NCBI GenBank assembly: GCA_943350175.1
Contig: CALQZX010000003.1
Coordinates: 12,409-76,408, forward strand
Direction: 5' to 3'
From: Parcubacteria group bacterium
Lineage (GTDB): Bacteria > Patescibacteriota > Microgenomatia > UBA1400 > PJMF01
Length of the DNA: 64,000 bases
Made by a program: the position numbers and the translations under genes. Positions 36,837 through 45,655 of this stretch are shown here, piece after piece (positions within the stretch are counted from its first letter, which is position 1; each line of letters opens with the position of its first letter). The notes under the pieces are model-generated. The model had not been told where the DNA came from and ran no database searches. It was given only the letters and a program-made list of their open reading frames with translations.

Positions 36837-37187
36837 TTATGGATCTAAATGTTTTAACTGAAAAATACGTTGACTTCGCTCTTCCAATCTTTTTTGTTCC
36901 GCATCTGCGTCGTTGCTGACTTTTTGACTAGCTCTGGCCTGATATTGAGGCGTGTCCACTAGTTCAGTTTTCATTTTGAGTAATTGTTCTTCGATTTTCA
37001 ACTGATCTTCCTGCGCCTCCTTGGCTTGTAAAACAGCAATGTCTTCTGCACTTGGGCCCGTGGCCGGAGCTTCCTCACCAGGTGATTCCACATTAGATTG
37101 ATCGGCAGCAGCAGACGGATCAGCTTGATTTTTTTGGTCTTCGAGTAATTTTTGGAGTGCTGCTAGAGGATCTTGATTATCTGCCAT
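36837..37187 (-). CDS. acidic/Gln-rich hypothetical protein (leaderless)
   Basis: TTGCAC-17-TAACAT promoter 6 nt before ATG. Confidence 0.7.
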   Translation of the reverse strand: MADNQDPLAALQKLLEDQKNQADPSAAADQSNVESPGEEAPATGPSAEDIAVLQAKEAQEDQLKIEEQLLKMKTELVDTPQYQARASQKVSNDADAEQKRLEERSQRIFQLKHLDP

Positions 37188-37247
37188 GGAATCATGTTAG
37201 CAGAAAAAAGCTAAAGAGTGCAAGATCGGCAACTCAACAATCAGCCT

Positions 37248-37595
37248 TTAGACTAAGCCCAATTCTTTGATTTTGCTCAGACGACGATAGTCAGTTTTTT
37301 TTTCTTTGGTTTCACTCATTTTACGCAGAGCCGCATTAGTAGCATCAACAATAGCATCGTAAAAATCATAACCATTTATCTCTACCCATAAAGCCTTACC
37401 TGGCACTTCGATGCTGTATTTGACACTGACTTTCTTACTGTTGGTGGACTTTTTTGTATCCTGTTCCAAATAGACGGTAACTTTTGTTATTTTCAAATCT
37501 TTGAGTTTTTCCAATTTATGGCTTTGTCGTTGGATGAATTCTCGCAGAGCTCTAGTCACCTTGAGACTTTTCGCTTGAACAATGACGTTCATCAT
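37248..37595 (-). CDS. hpf: ribosome hibernation promoting factor (short HPF/RaiA)
   Basis: MNVIVQAKSLKVT.ALREFI...KL; DFYDAI.DA....LRKM...KEK; AAAGGAG SD before ATG 37595. Confidence 0.85.
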   Translation of the reverse strand: MMNVIVQAKSLKVTRALREFIQRQSHKLEKLKDLKITKVTVYLEQDTKKSTNSKKVSVKYSIEVPGKALWVEINGYDFYDAIVDATNAALRKMSETKEKKTDYRRLSKIKELGLV

Positions 37596-37651
37596 ATTTC
37601 TCCTTTCAACTTCCATGATGTTCATGAAAGCCATAACTTATATTTTTAGAC

Positions 37652-37699
37652 AAAAAAAACGACCCCTCAAATTAGTGTCTATCTAACCTTAGGATCGTT
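37652..37699 (-). terminator. terminator/attenuator upstream of hpf
   Basis: Minus strand AACGATCCTAAGGTTAG-ATAGACA-CTAATTTGAGGGGTCGTT followed by a U run. Confidence 0.75.
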
Positions 37700-37707
37700 A
37701 ATATCAT
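37672..37707 (-). CDS. putative leaderless leader peptide MILTILRLDRH
   Basis: ATG 8 nt after extended -10 TGCTATTCT (37724-37716); ORF spans the 5' arm and loop of the terminator. Confidence 0.45.
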   Translation of the reverse strand: MILTILRLDRH

Positions 37708-37744
37708 CTGTATCTAGAATAGCAAAAAACTGAAAAAAAGCAAG

Positions 37745-40723
37745 TTAAACTGCTAACTGGCGATACTTAACTGCAGCTAAAATTTCCTTAAGAAAGCTTT
37801 CGCTGCCAATCAAGAAATGTCCGAGAGTTGAATTATTTATAGTTGAATCACATTCAATATTTAAAAAATTCATAAGTTTTTTTTCTTTACCATCAAAAAA
37901 CCCCAAATTAATTACGTCAATAAAAAATTCCTGGAACATTTTTGTCATTTCCTTATCGTAATAAAAAGCCCACCTGTATAAAACTTTATCAAAAAAAGCT
38001 AAGAGATCTTTTAGTTTTCGACTCATGGAGAACGTGTCTTTTTTCATCTTTAGATCTGCCACTTCAGAAGCAGCTTTTCTTATTTCATCTTGAATTTTTA
38101 TTATCAGATCCATGGTTGAGACATCACTCACTCGCGCAAACAACTTTCTCCACTCTAAAAATTTTTCCTCACCAACACTAGTTGTGGCATTCACAAAACT
38201 TTCTATTTCATGAATTAAAAGGAAAGCGTAAAATTCAAAATAGTCTGATCTGTAAAGCACTTCAGCTAAATTCTCTAGGCTTATAATTTTTAAATTAGAG
38301 ACAACCAGCACGCTGTGAACTTGTCTAGTTAAATCCAAAATGATTGGTTTAATTCTTTTATAATCAATCTCTATATTCGCATTTTCTTCAATAAAATATT
38401 TCAATTTTCTTAGATTTTTGATAAAAACTTTCACTTTTTCGTTATATATAGCCTCAAGTTCCGCTACTTTATCTGGATGTTTTATTGCCAGAATTTCTTT
38501 TGCGCCTGTCTCCAATCCTTCCATTAATTGCTCTAGAATAAGCTCAGGTTCGTCATCATAATCTTTTTTCATAAAATTTTCCAAATCTTTAAAATTTCCA
38601 AAATTAACCACCTTTTGTTGACTGATATCCAGCACAGCTCCGACGCTCTTCATGGATAGCCAGCCAGTCCCTTTGGCTAAATCATAGGTATCGTTAGTTA
38701 CTATAAGCATCTTGTGACCAGATTCAGGAAGTCTTTGCTCTACAAAGTTTCTCCATTCTTCTTTAGTTTTTTGATCCAAAGTGTTAGTTGGATCATCAGC
38801 ACAAATAATTTTTGAGTTTATATTCCCGTCAAAACAAGTACTAAGTGCCAAGTTGAATAAAGCTTGCTGTGATCCGGAAAGGATATAACTCAAACCAACA
38901 AACCAAGTCGCATCGATACCATTTTTGCCCTGCAAAATATTATATTTTTTACAATAAACTAGAAAAGCTTTTACAATCGGGCTTTGCTCTGCTGCAGCTA
39001 CAGACTCAATCTCTAGTAAATCTTGTATTTGATCTGCGGAAAAATCGCCCAAAATATTTTTCTCTGTTGCAACTTTGGCTAGTTTTTCTCTCACAGAAAA
39101 ATGTTGTTCGTTTTCTAGAGGAATCACATGAAAAATCTCTCTCAAAGTTTCTCTTGGAGCTTGACCAATTTGCTGTCCACCCAAAGTAATATTAGATAAC
39201 TCTGGTTTGCCATTTAATCGCCCAGATAAGATTTTTAACAAAGTTGATTTACCAGATTGGACTCCTCCCAAAACTAAAGCGCATTCCCCTGTCCTCAATA
39301 TTAACGGCGTTTCTAATTCAACGCTATCAACAGGTTTTTTTTCAGCATCAACATATCGAGGTGTCCCAATTTTTTTGATTATTAATTCACCTCTTCTATG
39401 CTCCGGGTCAACTTCCTTTTGATCAATATTTCGATCTTCACTCATCGGAGGACGGCGTTCTCTGTCTTGCAACACACTCTGCAAAGCAGTAAGCATTTCC
39501 AGATGTGCTTTATTTCCCTGACCCTGAGCATCTCGGCTGCTCATAACTGAATCAGAACGGTCTAAAACAGTACTGGCGACTACTGACCAAGTGTAAGCTT
39601 GAGACTGTAAAGATTCTTTACTCACAATATTGCTTAGCAAGGCTGTGATCGAAGGCAACAGGGCAGAAATAGAACCTTGAAAGGTATTTTTCATGGTTGC
39701 CTGATTTCTTCGGTGATGTTCTTGTTCACCAGCATCTACATGCGAAGAAATGACTGGAAATCCGTTGATCATATTTTTTGCTCTAGCCTTTTCTAGAGCT
39801 GCCCGCCTATCTAGTTGAGTTTTAATGAATCGATCGATCATATCTTTCAACAAAATTGGATATTTCTTACTAAGCGCATAATCAATACCCATCGCTACCA
39901 AGCCATAGTAAATAGCTTTATCCAAATTTCCAAATAAAATATTCCCCAGCACTAATCCTGTAGTCAACCCTTTGATATTGGCTGAAAAACGCTCGTCAGT
40001 CTGCATTTGCTTGAATCTTTCCAGAATCTGTGCGGTTAGGTTTTGCCAATTAGTACCTTTGTACTCATTTGGCACATCTAAATGATTAAAAAGATCCGCA
40101 GCAGCTTTGCCAGCACTTTCTTTGAAAGTTTCAATATTCCAAAAAGTTTCAGAGGCTTTCCATCTCACACCTTGACCAATCAGAGATATTCCTATTTGTG
40201 AGGCTACAGTTAAAAAAGCAGAGTTATCAATTCCAGCTAATCTTAATAATTGCTCTCCGTTTTGAACAATGGCTACACTAATGCCAGTCGTAACCCCAGC
40301 AATAACCATTCTGGGTTCATCTTCGTGAGTTGAAGCTAAAACATCACTAAGAGCTTCTTTCCAAGCTTTTTTTTGACCAGGTTCAATAGCTTCAAATAAA
40401 TCAAGAATTTCTTCTGGAAAAAGCAAATTTAGTTGGTAGTTTAACCATTTTTCTTTGGAGGTACTGCCCGTAGCTTTCACCCAGGGATGCTTAGCTTCTA
40501 AAATTTGACCAAGCGCTCCTCTTCTGGACAGCTTGAAATCAGCCTCACGTTTAAATTGACCAATCTCGATAGCAGCTTGAGCTATCAAATCAGCTGTTCT
40601 AATAATTGCCTGAGAAAAATTTTCCGGAGTTAATGGATTTTCTTTTTTTGCAGCCAAAAAATAAGGGTCAATGCCCTCAGTTCTGCAATATTGAGCAGTT
40701 TCTGGATCTAAATCATGATACAT
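37745..40723 (-). CDS. 992-aa protein with hydrophobic segments and a degenerate ABC-type ATPase domain
   Basis: GGVQSGKSTLLKIL Walker A, LSGSQQ signature, ICADDPT Walker B, IVTND H-loop. Confidence 0.65.
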   Translation of the reverse strand: MYHDLDPETAQYCRTEGIDPYFLAAKKENPLTPENFSQAIIRTADLIAQAAIEIGQFKREADFKLSRRGALGQILEAKHPWVKATGSTSKEKWLNYQLNLLFPEEILDLFEAIEPGQKKAWKEALSDVLASTHEDEPRMVIAGVTTGISVAIVQNGEQLLRLAGIDNSAFLTVASQIGISLIGQGVRWKASETFWNIETFKESAGKAAADLFNHLDVPNEYKGTNWQNLTAQILERFKQMQTDERFSANIKGLTTGLVLGNILFGNLDKAIYYGLVAMGIDYALSKKYPILLKDMIDRFIKTQLDRRAALEKARAKNMINGFPVISSHVDAGEQEHHRRNQATMKNTFQGSISALLPSITALLSNIVSKESLQSQAYTWSVVASTVLDRSDSVMSSRDAQGQGNKAHLEMLTALQSVLQDRERRPPMSEDRNIDQKEVDPEHRRGELIIKKIGTPRYVDAEKKPVDSVELETPLILRTGECALVLGGVQSGKSTLLKILSGRLNGKPELSNITLGGQQIGQAPRETLREIFHVIPLENEQHFSVREKLAKVATEKNILGDFSADQIQDLLEIESVAAAEQSPIVKAFLVYCKKYNILQGKNGIDATWFVGLSYILSGSQQALFNLALSTCFDGNINSKIICADDPTNTLDQKTKEEWRNFVEQRLPESGHKMLIVTNDTYDLAKGTGWLSMKSVGAVLDISQQKVVNFGNFKDLENFMKKDYDDEPELILEQLMEGLETGAKEILAIKHPDKVAELEAIYNEKVKVFIKNLRKLKYFIEENANIEIDYKRIKPIILDLTRQVHSVLVVSNLKIISLENLAEVLYRSDYFEFYAFLLIHEIESFVNATTSVGEEKFLEWRKLFARVSDVSTMDLIIKIQDEIRKAASEVADLKMKKDTFSMSRKLKDLLAFFDKVLYRWAFYYDKEMTKMFQEFFIDVINLGFFDGKEKKLMNFLNIECDSTINNSTLGHFLIGSESFLKEILAAVKYRQLAV

Positions 40724-40745
40724 CTAGCACTATATTATACTCTGC

Positions 40746-41357
40746 TTAAATCTGCCTTCTTCCCTCAAGTGCCCTGGCTAAAGTCACCCCGTCAGCGTAC
40801 TCAATATCAGCGCCGATTGGCAAACCATGACCGATACGAGTAATAGCCATTTGATCCTTATTTGAGAGATTGGAATTGGCAATCATCTGCTTGATGTAAA
40901 GTGCGGTTGCCTCTCCCTCCATGGTGGGGTTGGTTGCCAGAATCAGCTCCGTTACTCCATCGAGTCTTTTTAAAAGATCGCGCAAATATAATTGGTCAGG
41001 ACCAATATTATTCAGAGGTGCAATTGATCCATGTAAGACGTGATAAAGACCATGATATTTATCGGATTTTTCTAGTGCCAATAGATCTAGAGGCTGCTCC
41101 ACCACGCATAAAAATGATTGATCGCGATCCTGGTCAGCGCAAATTGAGCAAGGATTATTCTCCGCTATGTTATGGCAATGCTCACACATGACCGTATCTC
41201 TTTTGAGAGCCAGAAGTTTGTTAGAGAAATCCTCCAATTCAGAAACTGGATTGTGAAGTAAATAAAAAACTAAACGTTGTGCAGACCTTGGTCCAATCCC
41301 AGGCAAACGTTCAAATTTTTCGACTAGCTGACGGACAGCTTTAGGCAATCTTTGCAT
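40746..41357 (-). CDS. recR: recombination mediator RecR
   Basis: LPGIGPRSAQRL, C4 Zn finger, CVVE, ATNPTMEGEAT. Confidence 0.98.
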   Translation of the reverse strand: MQRLPKAVRQLVEKFERLPGIGPRSAQRLVFYLLHNPVSELEDFSNKLLALKRDTVMCEHCHNIAENNPCSICADQDRDQSFLCVVEQPLDLLALEKSDKYHGLYHVLHGSIAPLNNIGPDQLYLRDLLKRLDGVTELILATNPTMEGEATALYIKQMIANSNLSNKDQMAITRIGHGLPIGADIEYADGVTLARALEGRRQI

Positions 41358-41365
41358 ATTAGTTT

Positions 41366-42073
41366 CTACTCTTCTCTGTAATCAACGGAGATGTCTTCTA
41401 GCTGGTTTTCCCAGTCTTTAGTTTTATTTTTTTCTAAAAATGTTTTTGTTGCAGCCCAAATTTGCTGTTCAACAATTTCCTCATCTTTGCTAGCGTCAAT
41501 GATTTTCCAACGAGAATGAGAGCTATATTTTTTCAAATCTGCTTTTGCAACTTGCAAATAAGCTTGACGAATTTTTTCATGAAAATTTTTGTTCTCGTTA
41601 TCTATGCGGTCAATACCACCTTCTTTCATGCGACGACCCAAACCAATTTCAACTGATGTGTCAAGCAATAACGTAATATCTGGGTAAGTTTTTTTGGTTG
41701 AGATATCATTAAGCTGTTCAATAATTTCCACCCCAAAACCTCTAACAATGCCCTGATAAACCACACTACTATCACGAGAGCGATCCATCACCACTACTTT
41801 GCCAAGCTCGAGGGAAGGCAAAACAATCTCACGATAAATTTGTGCTCTGGCTGCCTGGAAAAGCAACACCTCAGTGGTATAAGCCATGCCAACATTTTTG
41901 TTGGATAAAACAACTTCACGAATTTGCTCGCTGATGGTTGTACCACCTGGCTCACGTAGAACTACCACGTCTTTACCAGCTTGAATCAAATGCTCCTTCA
42001 ATCTTAATACTTGAGTAGTTTTGCCAACTCCTTCACCACCTTCCAAAGTAATTAGCAAGCCATTTTTTTTCAT
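41366..42073 (-). CDS. tmk: thymidylate kinase
   Basis: EGGEGVGKTTQ, REPGG, LLFQAARAQ, MDR..DSSVVYQG. Confidence 0.96.
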   Translation of the reverse strand: MKKNGLLITLEGGEGVGKTTQVLRLKEHLIQAGKDVVVLREPGGTTISEQIREVVLSNKNVGMAYTTEVLLFQAARAQIYREIVLPSLELGKVVVMDRSRDSSVVYQGIVRGFGVEIIEQLNDISTKKTYPDITLLLDTSVEIGLGRRMKEGGIDRIDNENKNFHEKIRQAYLQVAKADLKKYSSHSRWKIIDASKDEEIVEQQIWAATKTFLEKNKTKDWENQLEDISVDYREE

Positions 42074-42107
42074 TTTAAATCCTTTGCCAAACTTCTAAAT
42101 TTTTAAA

Positions 42108-43085
42108 TTAAACCCAAAAAATAGTCTGTCCCAGAGTAGCATTGCTTGATCTACTTTGTAAAGCTTTGTCTTTTGCTTCAGGATTAGGATTATTAATTAA
42201 TTTCGCTCCAGCAAGCAACATTTTTGTTTCAAAAAATGGATCGCTTAGAGTTCTTCCAGCGTTTATGGATGTTCTCACGCTGTCATCTTGGCCTTTTTTT
42301 TCTTTTCTCGGAGGAGTCAACTTCCAAAACATTTCATCCTTAATTTGTTGCTGGAAAAAAAGAATTTCTCGCTGCAATAGAACCATAGACAACTTACTAT
42401 CATGCCAACCAAGGATTTGCTCTTTAAAGTGTTCTGTGATCCAAGGTTGCAAAGTCATTTCTTGGCCAGTTGTTTTACGCAAGAAGTTGCGTAAAACCCG
42501 CAGTGCGGCGGTAACGTGATCGTATTTGAGCAACATATCGGCCTCAGTCATGCCTGGTTCTTTTTGGTAAAAACGACTTTCTCTATTATCATTTAGTTTT
42601 TTATTCATTAATTCGATATACATCGATGCTTGCAATTCAACATTTAAATGCCCAATCAGTAGCAAAAATTCTCCAAAAAGCAGCTGAAAGTTATGTTCTC
42701 CACGACCTTCACCAATATTAATAATTTGCTCTTTAATTGAATCGAAGTCAGCACGAGGCTTATCGCTGTTTGAAAAAATAGTTTTCTCTACCGAAAAACC
42801 AGGAGCCACTCTTGTCCTGACTGAACGCAGCATAACAAGTACATCCACAAATTCCATTAACAAATCTTTATGCGGAGCAGTTTCTCGGTGCATTGAATCA
42901 TTAGTTGCTTGCCATTTCTTATGTTCAACTGTTTGTTCATCTACCTCATCCACCGTGAGGCTTAAAAATTGTCTAAGAGACATTGATCTTTCATTAGCAG
43001 CAACTAAAACAGGATGAGAGCTGCTCCTATAGCCAACTGATTCAAATAAAACATGCAGTTGTTGCTGATTTTCTTCTCTACTCAT
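42108..43085 (-). CDS. hypothetical protein with MazG-like acidic helical motif
   Basis: LTVDEVDE...LLMEFVDVL resembles the all-alpha NTP-PPase ExxE..ExxD motif; lies between dut and tmk. Confidence 0.45.
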   Translation of the reverse strand: MSREENQQQLHVLFESVGYRSSSHPVLVAANERSMSLRQFLSLTVDEVDEQTVEHKKWQATNDSMHRETAPHKDLLMEFVDVLVMLRSVRTRVAPGFSVEKTIFSNSDKPRADFDSIKEQIINIGEGRGEHNFQLLFGEFLLLIGHLNVELQASMYIELMNKKLNDNRESRFYQKEPGMTEADMLLKYDHVTAALRVLRNFLRKTTGQEMTLQPWITEHFKEQILGWHDSKLSMVLLQREILFFQQQIKDEMFWKLTPPRKEKKGQDDSVRTSINAGRTLSDPFFETKMLLAGAKLINNPNPEAKDKALQSRSSNATLGQTIFWV

Positions 43086-43087
43086 TT

Positions 43088-43519
43088 CTACTTACTACCA
43101 GTGCTTCCGAAACCACCACGGTCACTGGAATCAAAAACTTCTAATTTTTCTAAATTGATTTTTTCTCTTTGCAGAACAATCATCTGCACTAAGCGTTCGC
43201 CTTTTTCGATTTTTATTGGTTGCTTGCTGAAATTATATAAAGCTGCTTTGTATTCATCTCCATCACCTCTGTAATCATAATCACCAATGCCAATGCCGTT
43301 GGCCATCATTAAGCCTTTTTTCTGCAAAGAACTGCGTGCTGACAAAAGGACGAAATAATTTTCTGGCACCTGCAGCGCTACATTGAGCGGCACATAAGCC
43401 ACTTCTCCAGGTTTTATAGTCATGTCTAGGCGGCTATAAAGATCAAGAGCGGCTGCGCCGCCGCTTTTATACTCTGGTAAAGGCAATGAGGAATCGAAAA
43501 GCTTGATTTTGACTTGCAT
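43088..43519 (-). CDS. dut: dUTP pyrophosphatase (trimeric)
   Basis: AALDL, ARSS, GIGDYDYRG, GERLVQ, RGGFGSTG. Confidence 0.95.
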   Translation of the reverse strand: MQVKIKLFDSSLPLPEYKSGGAAALDLYSRLDMTIKPGEVAYVPLNVALQVPENYFVLLSARSSLQKKGLMMANGIGIGDYDYRGDGDEYKAALYNFSKQPIKIEKGERLVQMIVLQREKINLEKLEVFDSSDRGGFGSTGSK

Positions 43520-43541
43520 GTTTTGATGCTAACATAGCTTT

Positions 43542-44147
43542 ATGCAAATGGAAACTTTTATTTTAGGCAGCATGCAAACCAACTGTTATTTGTTAGTCAG
43601 CGACAGCTCTAATGGAGCTATTGTGATCGATCCAGCTGATGATGGCGACTTCATCAACGAAGAATTAATGCGTCGTGGTTTACAACTAGAGAGCATCGTC
43701 TTAACCCATGGCCACTTCGATCATTGTCTTGGTTTATTGAGTCTCAAAAGCGCTTGGAATGTACCAATTATGATGAATTTTGCTGATCAATTTTTGCTAG
43801 AAAGAGCACAAGAAAGTGCTTCTCATTGGCTGGGCATTGAAAGCGATCCTGTGCCTCCGGCAGATTTTGATTTGGCTAAACTAGAATCAATCGAATTGGT
43901 TGACGAAAAATTTCAGATTATTCAAACTCCTGGACATACTCCTGGCAGTATTTGCTTGCTACATAAAAAAGATAAAATTTTGTTTAGTGGAGACACTATT
44001 TTTGCAGATAATAATATTGGTCGCACTGACTTTGCCTACTGCGATCGGCAAAAAATGAAAGAAAGCTTGGCCAAACTTAAAGAATTAGAAAAGCAAGGTC
44101 TTTACGGAGAAGTTTTTGCTGGACACGGAGAAAGTTTTTTTAAATAA
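43542..44147 (+). CDS. MBL-fold hydrolase (glyoxalase II-like)
   Basis: THGHFDH, TPGHTPG, FSGD, GHG. Confidence 0.92.
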   Translation: MQMETFILGSMQTNCYLLVSDSSNGAIVIDPADDGDFINEELMRRGLQLESIVLTHGHFDHCLGLLSLKSAWNVPIMMNFADQFLLERAQESASHWLGIESDPVPPADFDLAKLESIELVDEKFQIIQTPGHTPGSICLLHKKDKILFSGDTIFADNNIGRTDFAYCDRQKMKESLAKLKELEKQGLYGEVFAGHGESFFK

Positions 44148-44150
44148 GCT

Positions 44151-44678
44151 TTAGATTTTGGCGTATTCGAGCACCAAAGTTCCGTTTTCATTTAATTTTT
44201 CTTGACTAATCAGCTCAAATTTTTGTTCGTTTTTGCCACTGAATAATTTAATGCCCTCACCAAAAACAAAAGGTTCTATGGTTAAAAACATCCTGTCGAC
44301 TAAACCTTTTTGCATGAATAAACTATAAATATGCGAGCCGCCACAAAGAGCAACTTTCTCACAACCTTGATTAGATAAATCAGCCAGAATTTCTTCAGCT
44401 GTTGCTTTGGTAAAAGATAAACTGGGATCTTCGTAGCTAGCGTAGCGCTCTGGCTGGCTAGTCATTACAAACATCTTGCGCTCTGGCAAAGCCTTGCCAA
44501 TTGTTTCAAAGGTTTTGGAGCCCATGATTAGAGTGCCAGCTTCTTTACTTTTTTTAACAAAAAAATGTAAGTCTTCTTTGCTAGTCCATGCAGTCGAAGA
44601 TAAAGTTTTTTTGTCTGCTGGAGCAATAAAACCATCAATGCTAATCGCGGCAATTAAAATAACTTCTGGTTTATTCAT
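44151..44678 (-). CDS. folA: dihydrofolate reductase family protein
   Basis: AAISIDGFIA, W....DL.FF, IMGSKTFETIGKALP.R, CGGSHIY. Confidence 0.85.
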   Translation of the reverse strand: MNKPEVILIAAISIDGFIAPADKKTLSSTAWTSKEDLHFFVKKSKEAGTLIMGSKTFETIGKALPERKMFVMTSQPERYASYEDPSLSFTKATAEEILADLSNQGCEKVALCGGSHIYSLFMQKGLVDRMFLTIEPFVFGEGIKLFSGKNEQKFELISQEKLNENGTLVLEYAKI

Positions 44679-44682
44679 GATA

Positions 44683-44847
44683 TTGGTCTCTTAACAAATA
44701 AAATAATGAGTTAGTTAATATTAGATTTTAGCATATTTTAGTCTTTTCTGATAACGATAGTAGCGGGTCTACTTGAGGAAGAAGAAAAGACTAAAATGTC
44801 TAAAAGATGAATTAAAAAAACCGTTATTTTATTTGTTAAGAGACCAA
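44683..44847. repeat. 165-bp element with perfect 24-bp terminal inverted repeats (MITE-like or invertible segment)
   Basis: TTGGTCTCTTAACAAATAAAATAA (44683-44706) is the exact reverse complement of 44824-44847; inner 15-bp IR ATTTTAGTCTTTTCT/AGAAAAGACTAAAAT. Confidence 0.85.
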
Positions 44848-45653
44848 CTGCCTCCTTTTTTCCAAGCTGCTTTTGTCAACAATGGCTCATAGGCATCATC
44901 TTTCATTGCAATCTTACTGGTTTCTAATTCTTTAATGGTTGGCTCGTGATCAACAAATTGAACTTTGTCTAAATCACTTAGCAATGCAAAGGGGGTAATC
45001 TCGCCCACCTCACCCATCATAAAAGTTGCCGATACTCCCAAAGCCTCAGATACATTGACTTGGACCATCTTGATTTCGCGCCCAAAAATATCTTCTTCAC
45101 CAATGTGATTATTAAGTCCTTTGAAACCGCAGTAAACAATTGTGGTGCCAACCACTCCCCAACGAAGAGGAAATGAACGACTATCAGTGGTAATCACCCC
45201 AAAATTTTTAAGGCCATATTTTTGACGAACGTAGCGCCAAACTTCATTCAAAGTTTCTTGCATTTTTTCTGGCCAAAGAATAAAGCACTCTTCTCCATTT
45301 AAGTTGGCATTGGATTCATCAATACCAGCATTCATGGCAAGTGTCGAATCCTTGATTGTTAGCATCAGATCATACTTGGAAGAATGAGGGTCTATATAGA
45401 GCTCAGCTTCTTTCTGCACTAAAGCATGTTTCTCATCTCGCGCTTCTTCTCTGCTAAACCCCTTATCTTCGCTTTTTTGTTTTGCCACTAAACGACCCTG
45501 ACAATAGCTAATAATTTTTGAGCTAATAGCCAGGACACAGCCGTCAGAAAGTTGACCTTTTAGCTGAGAATCATTGGAAATGGCTTCGTCAATAATCGCA
45601 AAAAGATCATCTAGAGGTTTAACAATACGAGATTTGAGTGAGCGAACTTGCAT
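44829..45653 (-). CDS. CofE-like gamma-glutamyl ligase (probable alternative folylpolyglutamate synthase)
   Basis: ISSKIISYCQGR, NAGIDESN, GVITTDS..PLR.G, MGE..E.TP; adjacent to DHFR. Confidence 0.85.
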   Translation of the reverse strand: MQVRSLKSRIVKPLDDLFAIIDEAISNDSQLKGQLSDGCVLAISSKIISYCQGRLVAKQKSEDKGFSREEARDEKHALVQKEAELYIDPHSSKYDLMLTIKDSTLAMNAGIDESNANLNGEECFILWPEKMQETLNEVWRYVRQKYGLKNFGVITTDSRSFPLRWGVVGTTIVYCGFKGLNNHIGEEDIFGREIKMVQVNVSEALGVSATFMMGEVGEITPFALLSDLDKVQFVDHEPTIKELETSKIAMKDDAYEPLLTKAAWKKGGSWSLNK

Positions 45654-45655
45654 AA

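Noticed and set aside
44683-44847. integron attC site or THF riboswitch
   Set aside because: AAC/GTT are present, but the arms pair perfectly with no unpaired spacer or extrahelical bases, no integrase is seen, and THF aptamer motifs are missing.
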